NCBI GenBank assembly: GCA_910592345.1
Contig: CAJVPI010000306.1
Location: 1-36,034 of the forward strand
DNA from: Paraglomus brasilianum
Lineage: Eukaryota
Reading direction: 5' to 3'
Length of the DNA: 36,034 nt
Part shown: piece by piece, positions 1 to 11,862 of the stretch
How the letters are laid out: each line of letters starts with the position of its first letter
Numbering within the stretch: position 1 is the first letter of the stretch
The notes under the pieces: model-generated
What the model was told of the DNA's origin: nothing
The model's input: only the letters and a program-made list of their open reading frames with translations
Database searches by the model: none
Program-made: the position numbers and the translations under genes

Positions 1-529
1 TGTATAACAGAAGAGCAATTGATGCAATCAATAAGACGTTGAATATGTGCTCGTTCAGCTTTATTCAGCATAGAATAATCCATCTTGCTCTCAGAAAAAA
101 GTGCCTAAAGCGCGATATCTACTGGTGGCATTCCAACGAAGGAGTAATTAAGCCTGTCCAATATCAGCTTGTAACGCCGAAAACCGTGATCGGTGGATAT
201 GATTATAAGCTATCACATGAGCATTGTGGCGTTGATAACGATCGTGGCAGTAATAAATGCTCTCCTATTGTTCCAATTAATATTGTGCTCCACAGAACGT
301 AAAGCAAATAATTTGGATTTTGCAAAGAGCTAAAAAGCTTTGTGATGTTGGTCTGCGCATTATTAAAAGACGCGTAAGAGTTATCAATAAGGGGACAATG
401 ATATATTCTTGGCGCTTTGAAATGGAAGGAATGTTGAGGTATTTCATCTATAGTATTATAAGGCGTATGAGAACCTTTATTAAATAAGTAGAAACTGGTT
501 TGTTCGTTTATATATATATTTTAGAGTTA

Positions 530-1010
530 CCTTAAACGACTCGTCCTTTTCTAAAATCTCTTCATCGACTTCGCAGCGTTTGACGACAAATATTCTCGCT
601 GCTTCGAAAAGTTCTTATTCGACTTCCTTATTGTCAATTTGTGCACTTAGCCAGGCAGACGACTTCTTGTACGCAATCGCCCATTTATCTCTGTGGTTGA
701 CCATGGCATATCGGAAGTGCCAGAGAAGAATTGCCGCACTGATCGAGTTTGGCAACTTTGGAGTAGGATGAGAAGTGGGTCTGCAATTCCTTCTGTTGAC
801 TCGAATCCGAGAGATCCAGCAAGATGAGTGTCGAGCTTGTATGAACCTGTTTCACCAAAGAGAAAAAATCGGGAATCGTTCTTTTATTCGTTATCATCCT
901 CCAGTGAAATGTAGAATTGGCCTTCGCATCCTCCAATCGCACTGTTCGCGTTGTTGCGTGAATTATGCTGATGTTGACGGACTGATTTCGTAATAGTGAT
1001 CCTTGAGCAT
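530..1010 (-). pseudogene. Degraded fragment resembling the C-terminal helical repeat of VIT/vWA5A-type proteins
   Basis: Minus-strand reading gives ELQTHFSSYSKVAKLD, a frameshift, then SAAILLWHFRYAMVNHRDKWAIAYKKSSAWLSAQIDNKEVE*ELFEAARIFVVKRCEVDEEILEKDESFK and a GT donor near 530. This resembles the 'TA...WE.AY.KA..WL...EE.L.AAR.F' repeat. Contains an in-frame stop and frameshifts. Family recognised from memory. Confidence 0.5.
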
Positions 1011-1202
1011 GAAATGTCCTTCAGACGGTAGTCAGAACAAGAGCAAACGCGCTTTATTAGGAATTGGGGAGGCGTTCCTGGAGATGAGGCCGCTGTAGGT
1101 CGCAGCGATATATTAACGTTCCAATATTCTCTTTGCGTGAGAGTGTGTGTGCCATAGCATTGCTGTATGGCAGCATTTGCGTTTGTCGTGTGGCAGCGAC
1201 TG

Positions 1203-1269
1203 TGTCGTTGTGGGTGCAATTGCACTGTCGTTGTGGGTGCAATTGTACTGTCGTTGTGGGTGCAATTGC
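1203..1269. repeat. 23-bp tandem repeat, about 3 copies (TGTCGTTGTGGGTGCAATTGYAC)
   Basis: Units at 1203-1225, 1226-1248 and 1249-1269 are directly visible. Confidence 0.95.
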
Positions 1270-1540
1270 GTTGTTGTATGTGGTGGCGTATAGCATTGTC
1301 GTTAGCAGCGGCTATGTCGTAGTCTGGGCCGGAAGAATATTAACTCGATATTAATATGCTGCGGACTATGTTAAATGTTGTAAACAGAAGTTAGTCAGTA
1401 TCTGATGATATTATTAGTGGCCACCAACAAACCAGCAAGAAGTAGTAAAAGCTCATACTTGCTAACTCTGGTTCCTTTCCAATATCGTTATTCTTATGAC
1501 ATCCCTCCGCTTCTATTTATTACACCACCAAAGTGTTGGC

Positions 1541-2260
1541 ATGACAGACTTCTTTCACCGTAATAACTGACAAAATTAAAAGTACCAACCACCATCTCCT
1601 TCAATTCCACGTTAACGTGCCGAAGCACTGACGGCCCTAGGATCGGTAATGATTCAGGAACAACTCGCATTGAAGCGGAAGAAAAAGTTTTTAATGCCGA
1701 CGGATTCCATTATCATTGGGTAATAAACGGCACGTGAATGAAAATTAGACCTAATACTAATACTAATTAATACTAATAACACTGTAAATACTGTACACTT
1801 ACTACAGAATGGCTCAGATATACATCATCCTTCCTACACTTTCCAGTGCGGACATACGACCGAAGTAGGGAACGTTCTATGTATTCGACAACGAAAATTT
1901 TGTTCCAACGCTTTTAGATTAAAGCGTTATGACAAACTACTGGTGTCGCGTTACTGACGGGAACTACCAACAATAGCGTAATTATCTGGTATTCGCTAGA
2001 GAACTTAGTTGCTCATAAAGGCATTCGTGTGTGCATGATCAACCCCACCGATAATACTTAATAAGCGGTACCATTTTGCATTGGATTATACTGTAGATGT
2101 TGATCAAACGAATATCTTTGTAACGCAAGCTCGACACGTAAGTATCAATCAACGTTGTGTTACTAGTTTATATTTATAGTCTGAAAACCAATTTATCGAT
2201 AGCTGGTAGAATTATCGACAGCTAGTTTGGTGTCAACCTCTTTGCACCGACTAATCTACT
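1541..2260 (+). pseudogene. Possible decayed multi-exon gene of unknown function
   Basis: Intron-like GTAATA...CTACAG (about 1720-1807) joins RIEAEEKVFNADGFHYHW to NGSDIHH in frame. A second GTAAGT...GATAG (about 2138-2201) joins FALDYTVDVDQTNIFVTQARH to GRIIDS. Several stops; no recognisable family. Confidence 0.2.
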
Positions 2261-4405
2261 TGTAATTAATAGTTATAAATCATCTCTATCTCGCAAACTA
2301 TTTGTTAGTATGTTACCTACATATCGATCTGGTATTGTTTGCGGTTGTCATAATTTACTGAATTGTCTTTCAATACATGTAGAATGATGCCTCAGTCTAT
2401 ACCTTGGATAGCTTGGATATATTGATAGAATTAAGGTAAAGCATTCATTTCGATCAACCTCTTAAATATAGTATTGTTTCTTGCATTTCCCTTGTCTTTA
2501 ACTATCAAACCTCTCATTCAATATTGTGTGATGATGGTTAATGGAACAATACGAAATCTTCTTCCACCTCACCCCTCTTAATTTAACTTCCTAAAATCTT
2601 CAATTGATACGTAACCATTATTCCCACACGTCGTACTTACCGAGCGGGTGCGCGCCAGCAAATTGTACGTGTTTGACAAAATTCTTGTTTTTATTTGAAT
2701 TACTGAAACCGATATTCTGATATATAATTGTATTATCCATCTACACTATCATACGGCCAAGATAGTACGCGCCAGAAAATTGTCCATGAGATATTAACAT
2801 TTATGGGCTTTAAACAATATAACGGAAACAATAAGGCTTAGGAGATCAATACCAAGGAGTATGAATGAGGGATGAGACAGGCACCATTCATCATCTTCCT
2901 CGCCAAAATGAGTGCATTGCAGTTTTGGTTTATTCTAATATCAACCTCACTGTAAAGATTCACTTCCGCGGCGTTTATGGAATTGGGAGCCACACATCTT
3001 TCGCGCCACCGAACTTGTGAGTTTGCCGTGCCCACGCTCAACTTGCACGGTAATGCGCATAGACAGAATCAAAATTATTAAGCTAAACATGAACAGTACA
3101 TAGATTCTATAAATTCGACTAACTTTGCCATTCACTAATTAGTGCGTACTGTCAAATTTTATCGATGCGATGAAACTTCTTCTAGGCCTGGTGCAGTGTT
3201 ACACCAGCTGAGCGGAGTGGTAACAGCATACCATAAACTCGACTTTGATAATGAACCAAGTAAAGCCCATTCTGTAGTCCATCAGAGTGCTAATTAAACG
3301 CTTTATTTATATTTCTTTTCATTATCATGTAAGTGTACAGTATTATATTGAGACATGATTAACTCTATATTTAATATCATTTTACCAAACAGGCTTCTTA
3401 TAATAATAATTAATTAATTATAGTCATTGATCACTTGGCGTTCCAAAAAAAAAAAAAATTCAATTCACGCGCCCGTCAGCAAAACTTTTAAGTCCGTGAT
3501 AAAAAAATTTTATTATCCCATCTTGGGCCGTAACGGTTATAAGGTCAACCAGGCCTTCGTTAAACCGGAAGTTACCTAATACGTGGGAAAGTATATGTGA
3601 TGAGGTTTAGCTGTCAACGAATGTCACCTGGTTGAAGGACCCTAAATGATCATATTTGACAATTAACACACGCTAATTCATTATAAAGTTTAATAAGGTG
3701 ATAAATGTATTGACACATTGCCAATTTGATTTGAGGATTGAACTCTCCAAAAATTATACCATCTTTGTATTACAACGGAAGTCAATCTTTGCGGCCCGGT
3801 TGATCAATTAATTAATCATTATTCCCTTGATGTTTGTTCAAAATTTTCTATTACAAGAAGATTATGTAAATTCTGATGATAATCTTTTTTAGTTGATGAT
3901 GAATTAGATAATGACTGTGAAATAGACAATAATTTTTCTTTAGAGGATGGTGTTGAATTTGACTAATTAACTTTTAATAAAATTGATATCAAAATGGTTC
4001 CTCTTGACTGAAGAATTGATTTATCTAATCAGAATTAAAAACATTATTGCACCGGACTATATTATTGTTAGGACCCATTCGGGGTTTTTGCTTTTAAATC
4101 AAACTTCGATAATAATTTGTACTTGAATTGAACGTCGTGCCTCAATATGCAAATGAACGAGCGTAGATTACTCTCTTGATTCTACCGATGGCAAATAAAT
4201 ATATAATTTACGCTCTAGTACTAGCTGATTCAAGACTTACATTAATTATTGATGAACCAATCGGAATATAGAATTGATTCTCATCTTGATGATGTTATAA
4301 AAATTACGCATAGATGGTATATAGTTGAGTTACGTAGTAATGGCTGATTAAATAATTGGAACGACATTTATTGCAAATTAAGTGTTAAATACATAAACAA
4401 TAAAA

Positions 4406-5061
4406 TTATATAAAATCTGAAAAATTGAGCGAATTAACGCATGCAAAACCAGAATTATCTGCGTTTTCCGCATCAATTGCTTCTTTATCAATTGTATAAA
4501 GCCAGAGATCCATATACCCTGGAAGTTCATCGGAGCGCACCATTGCGTCATCCGGATTTATATCTGGAGAACCATTTAAGCCATCTCCAAACGCTTCGAG
4601 GGAAGAACCGACGGAGCTATCTTGAAAATGTGAAATAATCCCAGTCAGTAAAAAATAGAATAACTTGTGTATTCTGTAAATTTTAAATTGCACTTACTTG
4701 GTTGTTTTCTAGTTATGTATATTTTTTTCATAATTCTGGACAACGAATAAAAATAAATTTTAACGTTGTCAGGTTCGGCGTACCACTTTTTAGTGGCTTC
4801 GGCAGAAATTTCCTTTAATGGTTTCTTTTGCCCCTTGACAGATGCCGAAAAGTTCCTTCGGTATAGCAGGAACTGATTTGGTACTTGCCGTATCTCAGTC
4901 TGTTTAGATGACGGCTTTAGTAGCCGATCGATTGGCAAGTGTAGGGTGATGGGCGGGTTTGCTAACAGCTGTCTTTCTCGTTCGTTCAAATTCACATCGG
5001 AAAAGACACAGGGCGACATGGCAGTTTTTGAACAAACTCGGAATGTGGGTCGGCTTGCCAT
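4406..5061 (-). CDS. MATA-type HMG-box transcription factor, 2 exons (5061-4698, 4620-4406), about 192 aa
   Basis: HMG box VPNQFLLYRRNF...KEISAEATKKWYAEPDNVKIYFYSLS, preceded by a PPITLHLPIDRLL motif. A 77-nt GTAAGT...TACTGAC...CAAG intron (4697-4621, phase 1) joins the two track ORFs in frame and adds an acidic C-terminal tail. Confidence 0.85.
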
Positions 5062-6002
5062 TATCAGTTGTTAGATGTAAGCTTGGTTTATTGAGAGTTA
5101 ACTGTTGATGAAAGAGGGTAAAAAGGAGAAGCGCGAGTTTATATAAATCTTCGATTTGAATATACTTGGGTAGTTCAACGTGTTAATGTTACTAAAACAA
5201 TCGCTACTATTATTTTATTGGTGCGTAATTGTTATTGTTCAAACTAATGAGTACGCCTACTGAACTCTCGATATATTAATTAATTGACAATCAATAGATG
5301 TAACCTATTATTCATTGGACGAAAAAGGACGCAAGGCGGAAAAACAGATTGCCAAGTCGGCAGTCTTGAGTTAAACTCTTATTAACGACTGAGCATGTAT
5401 AAAACGTTGATAGTTGCAACACTTTCATAAATAATGGCATTGTAATCTGAATGTTGTTTGTTACAACCAACAGACAACAAAGCTTTTATTAGCATATCGG
5501 AAGTCGGAACAAATCTTAATATTATTATAGTTGGCTTGTGAATAAGGGGGGAGTTACACTAAATTTAATGTTTGTTGACATTCCCTGATCTGCGGTCACA
5601 CGGCTCGATCACCGTGAGATTTTGGTGTCATGATTATTAACTAATAGTTCGACGTTGACTTTATAATAAATTCGACAAAGACGAATAATATGTCAGGTTC
5701 AACAGATGTACCTGGTAAACGTAGCGGACGAGAAATGCCGCTCATATATAAAATATCTAATACCCGTTGTATATTATATCATAAATATTATCTCGATAGT
5801 TTCAGCCTTAACATTAATATTTCTCTTTCCACCAATTGAATTTTCATCAAGAGTATTCTGACAAGCAAGAATCAGTAACTAGATGTCTGCAAAAAATAAG
5901 AGCGATATCTACAGTATCCTCCAACGTGAGCACGCGTCACTGGCACAGAGGTGTTACTGTAATATTGAACACCAGCGCTACATTTGTGTTGTATTAGTGT
6001 TT

Positions 6003-6913
6003 TTAGATCACCATGACTTTGAATACACTTCTCAGGCTAGCGGCTTTTGTAGATTTTCGAAATAAGAGTTGTTTGCTTTCCCAATGATAAATCGTATCGT
6101 GAATTGGGACCTGTCTCAGTTCGGAACCCAGACACTCAGTCCAGAACTGAGACAGGTCCCCAACTGAAATAATTCGACCAAGTTGACTTTTCATAGAATC
6201 CCAAACTCTGCCCTTCTCTGAAGGAAAATCCTCATGATAAGACGTTCTAGTTCCATTAGGTCAAACGTAAAAATTGGGTTGCATTGTCTAATAAACATAT
6301 ACAATTATAGAATTCATCAGTCATTGGAAATTGATATTCCTTGTAACTCACCAGCCTGAACATCCTCAAACCTCCTACAACACTTAATGACATTGCCGTC
6401 TCCGTCATTAATCACTGACTAACCTGTATGCAATACCATGGATATTTCTTGATCCAACAAGCGCTTCATCGAATCGTTTAAATTACTGTCAACAATGATG
6501 TAATGGATTTACATTTGACTGATTGAATGTGTTATCCAAAACTTGGACTAATACAGTGTTGTTGTTATATATTCCGATTTTCTTCCTTCTCTGAGAATAT
6601 CACCGTTGATAAATAGATATTCTTCCAACAGAGAGGACGACGAGAATGCTATGACAATAGAAAGGCCTTCGTATCAAGCGGAACCGTTTCTCCAACCTTG
6701 AGTTATCATAGCCATTATCTAGAAACGGATTATACGAGTCAATAATTTACACTACAAATAAATTCTTCAATCTATTATTACTTACTCGTTGGGTATATCG
6801 GTCGAAATTAGACTCCATGTCCTATTAGACACTTCACTAATTGTCCACACAGAGTTATTTGGAAAACTCCAGAGTATGTCAGGGATATCAGCTTTTTTGA
6901 ATATAAGTTCCAT
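6003..6913 (-). pseudogene. Possible decayed multi-exon gene, unknown family
   Basis: ATG-initiated MELIFKKADIPDILWSFPNN..., GTAAGT donor near 6785, GTGAGT donor near 6351, then YHEDFPSEKGRVWDSMKSQLGRII.... Middle exon has stops. Confidence 0.2.
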
Positions 6914-6945
6914 TATTGTCGTTACATATTAATCGTGAGCTGATC

Positions 6946-7856
6946 AGCGGCTAACGATTGTCTTAATGTGGTTACTCCTAATTTCCGCCATCACCTAACA
7001 ATCCAACTCCATCTTGTACTCACGAAAAATAAAACCCTTCAAGGAAGCGTTCATTTATTTTAATATCAAACTTGATGTAAAGATTGGTTACGTCGTTGAA
7101 GTGTGAACGTGGTTATTGAATGCGGACAACCTGGACGGAATCAAAGATATTAAGATAAACATGAGCAGTTTCACACGAACATACATATTCGAAAATCCTT
7201 TCTTCCCATACCCTTTTCCAAGTGTTCCTCTTGCCATTCCAAAATCCCACACATCTTACCTACCACAGCTGGTGCAGTCCTATGAGAACTATGGCAGACC
7301 AACGAAATCAACCATTCTTTAACGTTCCTCTGGCTCATGACCTCATTCTAACGTTACATCTTTTCTTGCATGCATATCAGAGTAGAATCGTTTCTGGGTC
7401 GTTGACGCGATCTTTGCCTCCAGCACAACTGTAATGTAGGATGTATGTTAGTAACCATAGATACAGTATGTAGCGGCTAACGATTGTCTTAATGTGGTTA
7501 CTCCTGATTTTCGCCATCACCTAACAATCCAACTCCATCTTGTACTCACGAAAAATAAAAACCCTCAAGGAAGCTCCATACTGCGTTCATTTATTTTAAT
7601 ATCAAACTTGACGCAAAGATTGGTGATTATTGAATGCGGACAACCTGGACAGAATCAAAGATATTAAGATAAACATGAGCAGCTTCACACGAACATACAT
7701 ATTCGACAATCATTTCTTCCTATACCCTTTTCCAAGTGTTCCTCTTGCTATTCCAAAATCCCACACATCTTAACCTACCACAGCTGGTGCAGTCCTATGA
7801 GGACTATGGCAGACTAACGAAATCAACCATTCTTTAATGTTCCTCTGGCTCATGAC
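6946..7856. repeat. Near-tandem direct duplication of about 390 bp (6946-7341 and 7472-7856)
   Basis: Both copies begin AGCGGCTAACGATTGTCTTAATGTGG and end CTCTGGCTCATGAC. They are highly similar with small indels and are separated by a 130-bp spacer. Confidence 0.95.
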
Positions 7857-8724
7857 TTCACGACCTCAAATTCTTATCTAGAACCTGTTCTTTTGCTTTC
7901 AATCCAACCTAGCTTATCCACATCTCTTAATCAGTACATAAGTGCTTTATATCTTCCCTTCCTTTCCAATCCCAACTCACCACCCCTCGCAACGCTATCT
8001 ACAACAGCTCTCATTTTTATGTCGTCTAGAGACTGACACAGCATCATTAGTTCGCGCCGGTAATTTAAGAAAACTTCGTACGTCACGTGTAGTTTGCTAT
8101 ATTGGAACATTTAACCTAATCGGGATAGTGCGCATTGTTCTTTGCTATTGGGACCATAAAACGTCGGTGGCATAAGGAATGGAAAGCATCATAAGAATGA
8201 CACGTAGGTATTAAGAAGTGTTCATCTTCATATCGCGCGTTGTTCTACTAAAACCCAGAGGTACAGCATAGTCAGCATTAGAATAAATAGTGAAAGTCTC
8301 AAATATTTAATTTGTTTCCGATTTGTTATTAACCTTGGCGACTTGTTCAACTGTAACTAATTAACAAGATTACCAATAATTATCGTTGTCGACTTCACCT
8401 CGCAGTAATACTTGCCGGATTTTTTGGCGCGTGAATTGAGAAAAAGATATTAAAATGGTTAGAGCACGAATTAGAATGTAAGAGAGCATTATGTTTTTAT
8501 TTTCCCGAGCATCTGACCGCAGTAGTCAGTAATCAATATAGGTCGAACGTAATAAACCGGCAAGATAGTTTGAATATCAAATTGTGAGTGCTGTATTAGT
8601 ATTTCCTACATCATGATAATGAAAGGTCTAAGAGTTGATACGATTCGGTTTATCGAATAGAGCGATACAACCTAGACTTAAATCTTTTCTTTAATGGTAA
8701 ATGTATAAATTAGATAGTATTACT

Positions 8725-8913
8725 GGAGGATGGAAATTTATTGTTATGGAATATCTTTCTCCAGAGCAGTTTATAAGGCTCTATCACCTGAAAGCAATAG
8801 TAATAGGGGGGCTAAGCATTCAGTCACTTTACTGCACAATGCTGGATATGTCCATGGTAATGTTCATAACTTTGATTGGGCAGGAAAGGAAGATGTTGCA
8901 AAATATCCATATA
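8725..8913 (+). pseudogene. Kinase/phosphotransferase-like fragment, truncated by a transposon end
   Basis: WKFIVMEYL..., a frameshift, then LLHNAGYVHG...FDWAGKEDVAKYP. This resembles the 'VME...LH..G.VHGD...IDFDWAG...YP' fungal kinase-like family, with catalytic motifs eroded or deleted. Confidence 0.6.
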
Positions 8914-9560
8914 CAGTCAACCCTCTCTAAATGCACCCTCTATAAATTCACACCCTCTATTACTATAAATGCATGCCTTACTTTATTCCCAGGCTTAGGA
9001 ATTAGAGATAAATGCACACCCTCCATAATGATAAATGCATTACACAGTTTTTTCCATTTCAATATGTATCTCACCCTCTATGCCCATGATTTTCATGTGA
9101 GTTGTACTATGTGTTACATCTGATGTATAGGAGATGATTGGATACTCTAAATTTAATGTTGGACAAACAACAAAGATAAAGAGGGCAATGTTGTCATTTT
9201 AACAATTGGATAAATTTAATTGAGCTAACACAAATAGTGTTAGAGCTTACACAAGCTGTCAATGATCTTGCCTGACAGTCTGCTGATTTAGATTAATGAG
9301 TTCTTAAATTATCCTGAAGAAGAAGAACTTATGAAGTGCCTGACAATAAATATGTTGATTGGAGAACTTATTGAAATATTAATATACAAACAACCATGTA
9401 TTGATGATGGTGACATGGATGATGATGATAGTGTTGAGCCACTGATAATTAATGCCAACAATGCTGCAAATGGTTTAGAAATTGTTCATTTATTTCTGCA
9501 ACAACAACAAGACCCTAAAGAGTTGCTAAAACAGAAATAAACTATTTAAGCACTATAACT
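8914..9560 (+). mobile_element. pogo/Tigger-like DNA transposon remnant (left end plus transposase C-terminus)
   Basis: TA|CAGTCAACCCTCTCTAAAT terminus, similar to the TIR at 11863, with subterminal TAAATGCAC(A)CCCTC repeats. 9292-9540 encodes INEFLNYPEEEE...DDDDSVEPLII..NAANGLEIVHLFLQQQ, a typical acidic CENP-B/Tigger C-terminus. No right TIR found. Confidence 0.7.
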
Positions 9561-10000
9561 ATTCCTCCTAGGCTTTATCCTAGAGCAAGCAACATAAAGT
9601 TGGCCATGAGAAAATACTGGAGTCAGCAACTAAATTCCTATTACTATGTGCCTTATTGATGGTCATGGCAAATACAAAGGCAGAAGAAAGGCACATGATA
9701 ATGATCCAGAAAATCTTCTGTATGCAATAGTAATAGCATTGTGCAAATATGCAATATCTGTCTACCATGCAGAAATTCAATTTTTTTAATAGACATCTGA
9801 AAAATTCTGGCTGAGTTAAGCCAAAACTGATTTATTGAGGCTAACAGATGAACAGTTCATTTGGCATGAATTATTCAAGTTGACTTATTTCCAGACTTTC
9901 CAAAAAAAAAGGTTTGTAAAATGGAAGTTAGTTTGACCTATTAATAAATCTCCTTATAATCCTTATCTATATCACCAAAATTTTGAACATAATATAACTA

Positions 10001-10171
10001 ATGACTGCTGCCTATACAGTAGTCACACCATTTATTGATGACATCATAATAAGAACAAATCTTAATCTTAAGAAAAAGCACAAGTTTATCAACTTAGGTT
10101 GTGGTGTTGGAAATGTCTTGCTACAAGTTGTTGGTGAGACTTGTGCAAACTCATGGGGAATAGAACTATGA
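10001..10171 (+). pseudogene. DOT1-like (H3K79) SAM-dependent methyltransferase fragment
   Basis: Reads MTAAYTVVTPFIDDIIIRTNLNLKKKHKFINLGCGVGNVLLQVVGETCANSWGIEL* (56 aa, below the track cutoff). This matches the DOT1 segment 'P.F...II....L.....F.DLG.G.GNV.LQ.A....C...GIE'. Confidence 0.7.
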
Positions 10172-10320
10172 CATAAGTGTGTTATTATTATCTGATTATG
10201 TGTCTTTATCTGATTTTGTAAAACACACATTTCTGAAATTAGGGGAAAATCAACTGTATTCCTACCAGCCAAAAACTGATGCTTGCACAGTCATTAGAAA
10301 TTGGAGAAGAACCACTAAAT

Positions 10321-10650
10321 GAAGTACAAAAACTCATTGATCATATGGATATTAATACAAATGTACATCAACATTGACAAATCTGAAAAGGCCTATCAGA
10401 TGATAAAATTGTACAACTCAATAACAAAAAGTATACAACACAATTGATAACAATGATAGTGATGAGGACCTGCCCCACCTCCAATATCTGCACAACAAGG
10501 GAAGGTGGTACTTGAAGATGCATTTCAATATTGTGAAGTGCAGTTTGAAGAAGATATTGATGCCAGATTTATGACAAAACTAAGAATGATAATCCTTAAA
10601 AGTTCAGGAAGAAAAAACAACAACTAACTTTAGACACATTTTTCAAATAA
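10321..10650 (+). mobile_element. Second pogo/Tigger-like transposase C-terminal remnant
   Basis: EVQKLIDHMDI...NDSDED...ISAQQGKVVLEDAFQYCE...QLTLDTFFK*. The terminal 'Q.TLD.FF' motif is typical of pogo/CENP-B transposases. Frameshifted. Confidence 0.6.
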
Positions 10651-11862
10651 TATTGTTATACTTATCTTCAATAATATGTTATTTTGAAATGTGTGAGCAG
10701 TAACAGTAGTAGTAGGGAAGGGGAAGATAGAAACATTAACATATGTATATTATCTATATTATTACTGTATTCTTCCAAGACTGATATAAAGGATTAATTT
10801 TTTCTGACAATTTTATAAAATTTTTTGGATGAACACTAATGGCTTGTTAATTTCATTTTTTTTTATTGTAATAATAAAATAAACAATCGAATACATTTAA
10901 AATATTTATAAAGATAATTTATTTATTTAAAAAACTTTTTTATTAAACCCCCCGTTTTCTATGAATCTTAGTATGTATCCAGTCGATATCCAAGTTTGTT
11001 TCGAATCCTGGGATCGTGGCATTTAATCTACCTGGGTCTCGGATCGTAGGTAAATCCCACACCTCCATCAGACTTTGTTACAACCATGCATTACATCTTT
11101 AAATACAAATAATGAAATTAATCGATATAAGTGTTGAAGTTACGAGTTAAAATCATAGGGTTATGCAAGTCTCAAAAACCGCAGACAATATGCCGCAGGT
11201 CATATAGCCGAAAACAATATAGCACAAACCCAAAAACATTTATAAATACGGTAGAAAATCCTAAGCTGGTTCTTAGCTTTAATTAAATAATACGAGAAAA
11301 TAAAATGTTCGAGCCTATGCAGAGCAAGCGTCTGCGGATTGGATACTGTACATTGTATCTCTCACGGTGGATAGAAAGGAGGATTGATCGTCGATTACCA
11401 AGATATGAGCAGCGCTTGCGCTATTGCTTTGCCTTTCCGCTCTGGCCGTAACATATAGATTTTCAAGCGGCTTAGTAACTATTACTCACTTCCCCCACCC
11501 AATACAATAAATAAGGACTAGTCATCAGAATTCGAAGCACTAGAACCATCACTAAGCACCGAATCATGTATGTCACCCAATACTTTGCAACGCGTATCCA
11601 CACACAGTTTATATCCCCACTTTGGGACCCAGGATATGGATACATCTGAGGATTATGGTCACACATTCAACGTCGCACAGTATAATTCCTATATAAGGAG
11701 TAATCTTCATTGTAAAAACCAACATTAATCCGGTCAGCATTGTGTTAAATATTATATATAGGAATATACTGTAGGACGTTAAAAGTGTGGGATAAATGTG
11801 TGGTGGGATTTCTTGACTATAATATAATCATCTGAGGTATAGCATTTCAATAGATATATTTA

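Noticed and set aside
39..480. Short ORFs at the window start (and similar 60-90 aa ORFs at 2838-3135, 11472-11666, 20374-20620, 32094-32477)
   Set aside because: No recognisable motifs or consistent splice models; cannot be supported without a homology search.
1203..1269. 23-bp repeats as a CRISPR array
   Set aside because: The units are contiguous with no spacers, the context is eukaryotic, and there are no cas genes.
3460..8439. 14-bp inverted match TCAATTCACGCGCC (3460-3473 / 8426-8439) as TIRs of a 5-kb element enclosing the HMG gene
   Set aside because: The match is short, no TSD was seen and there is no transposase between the two sites. More likely a dispersed motif.
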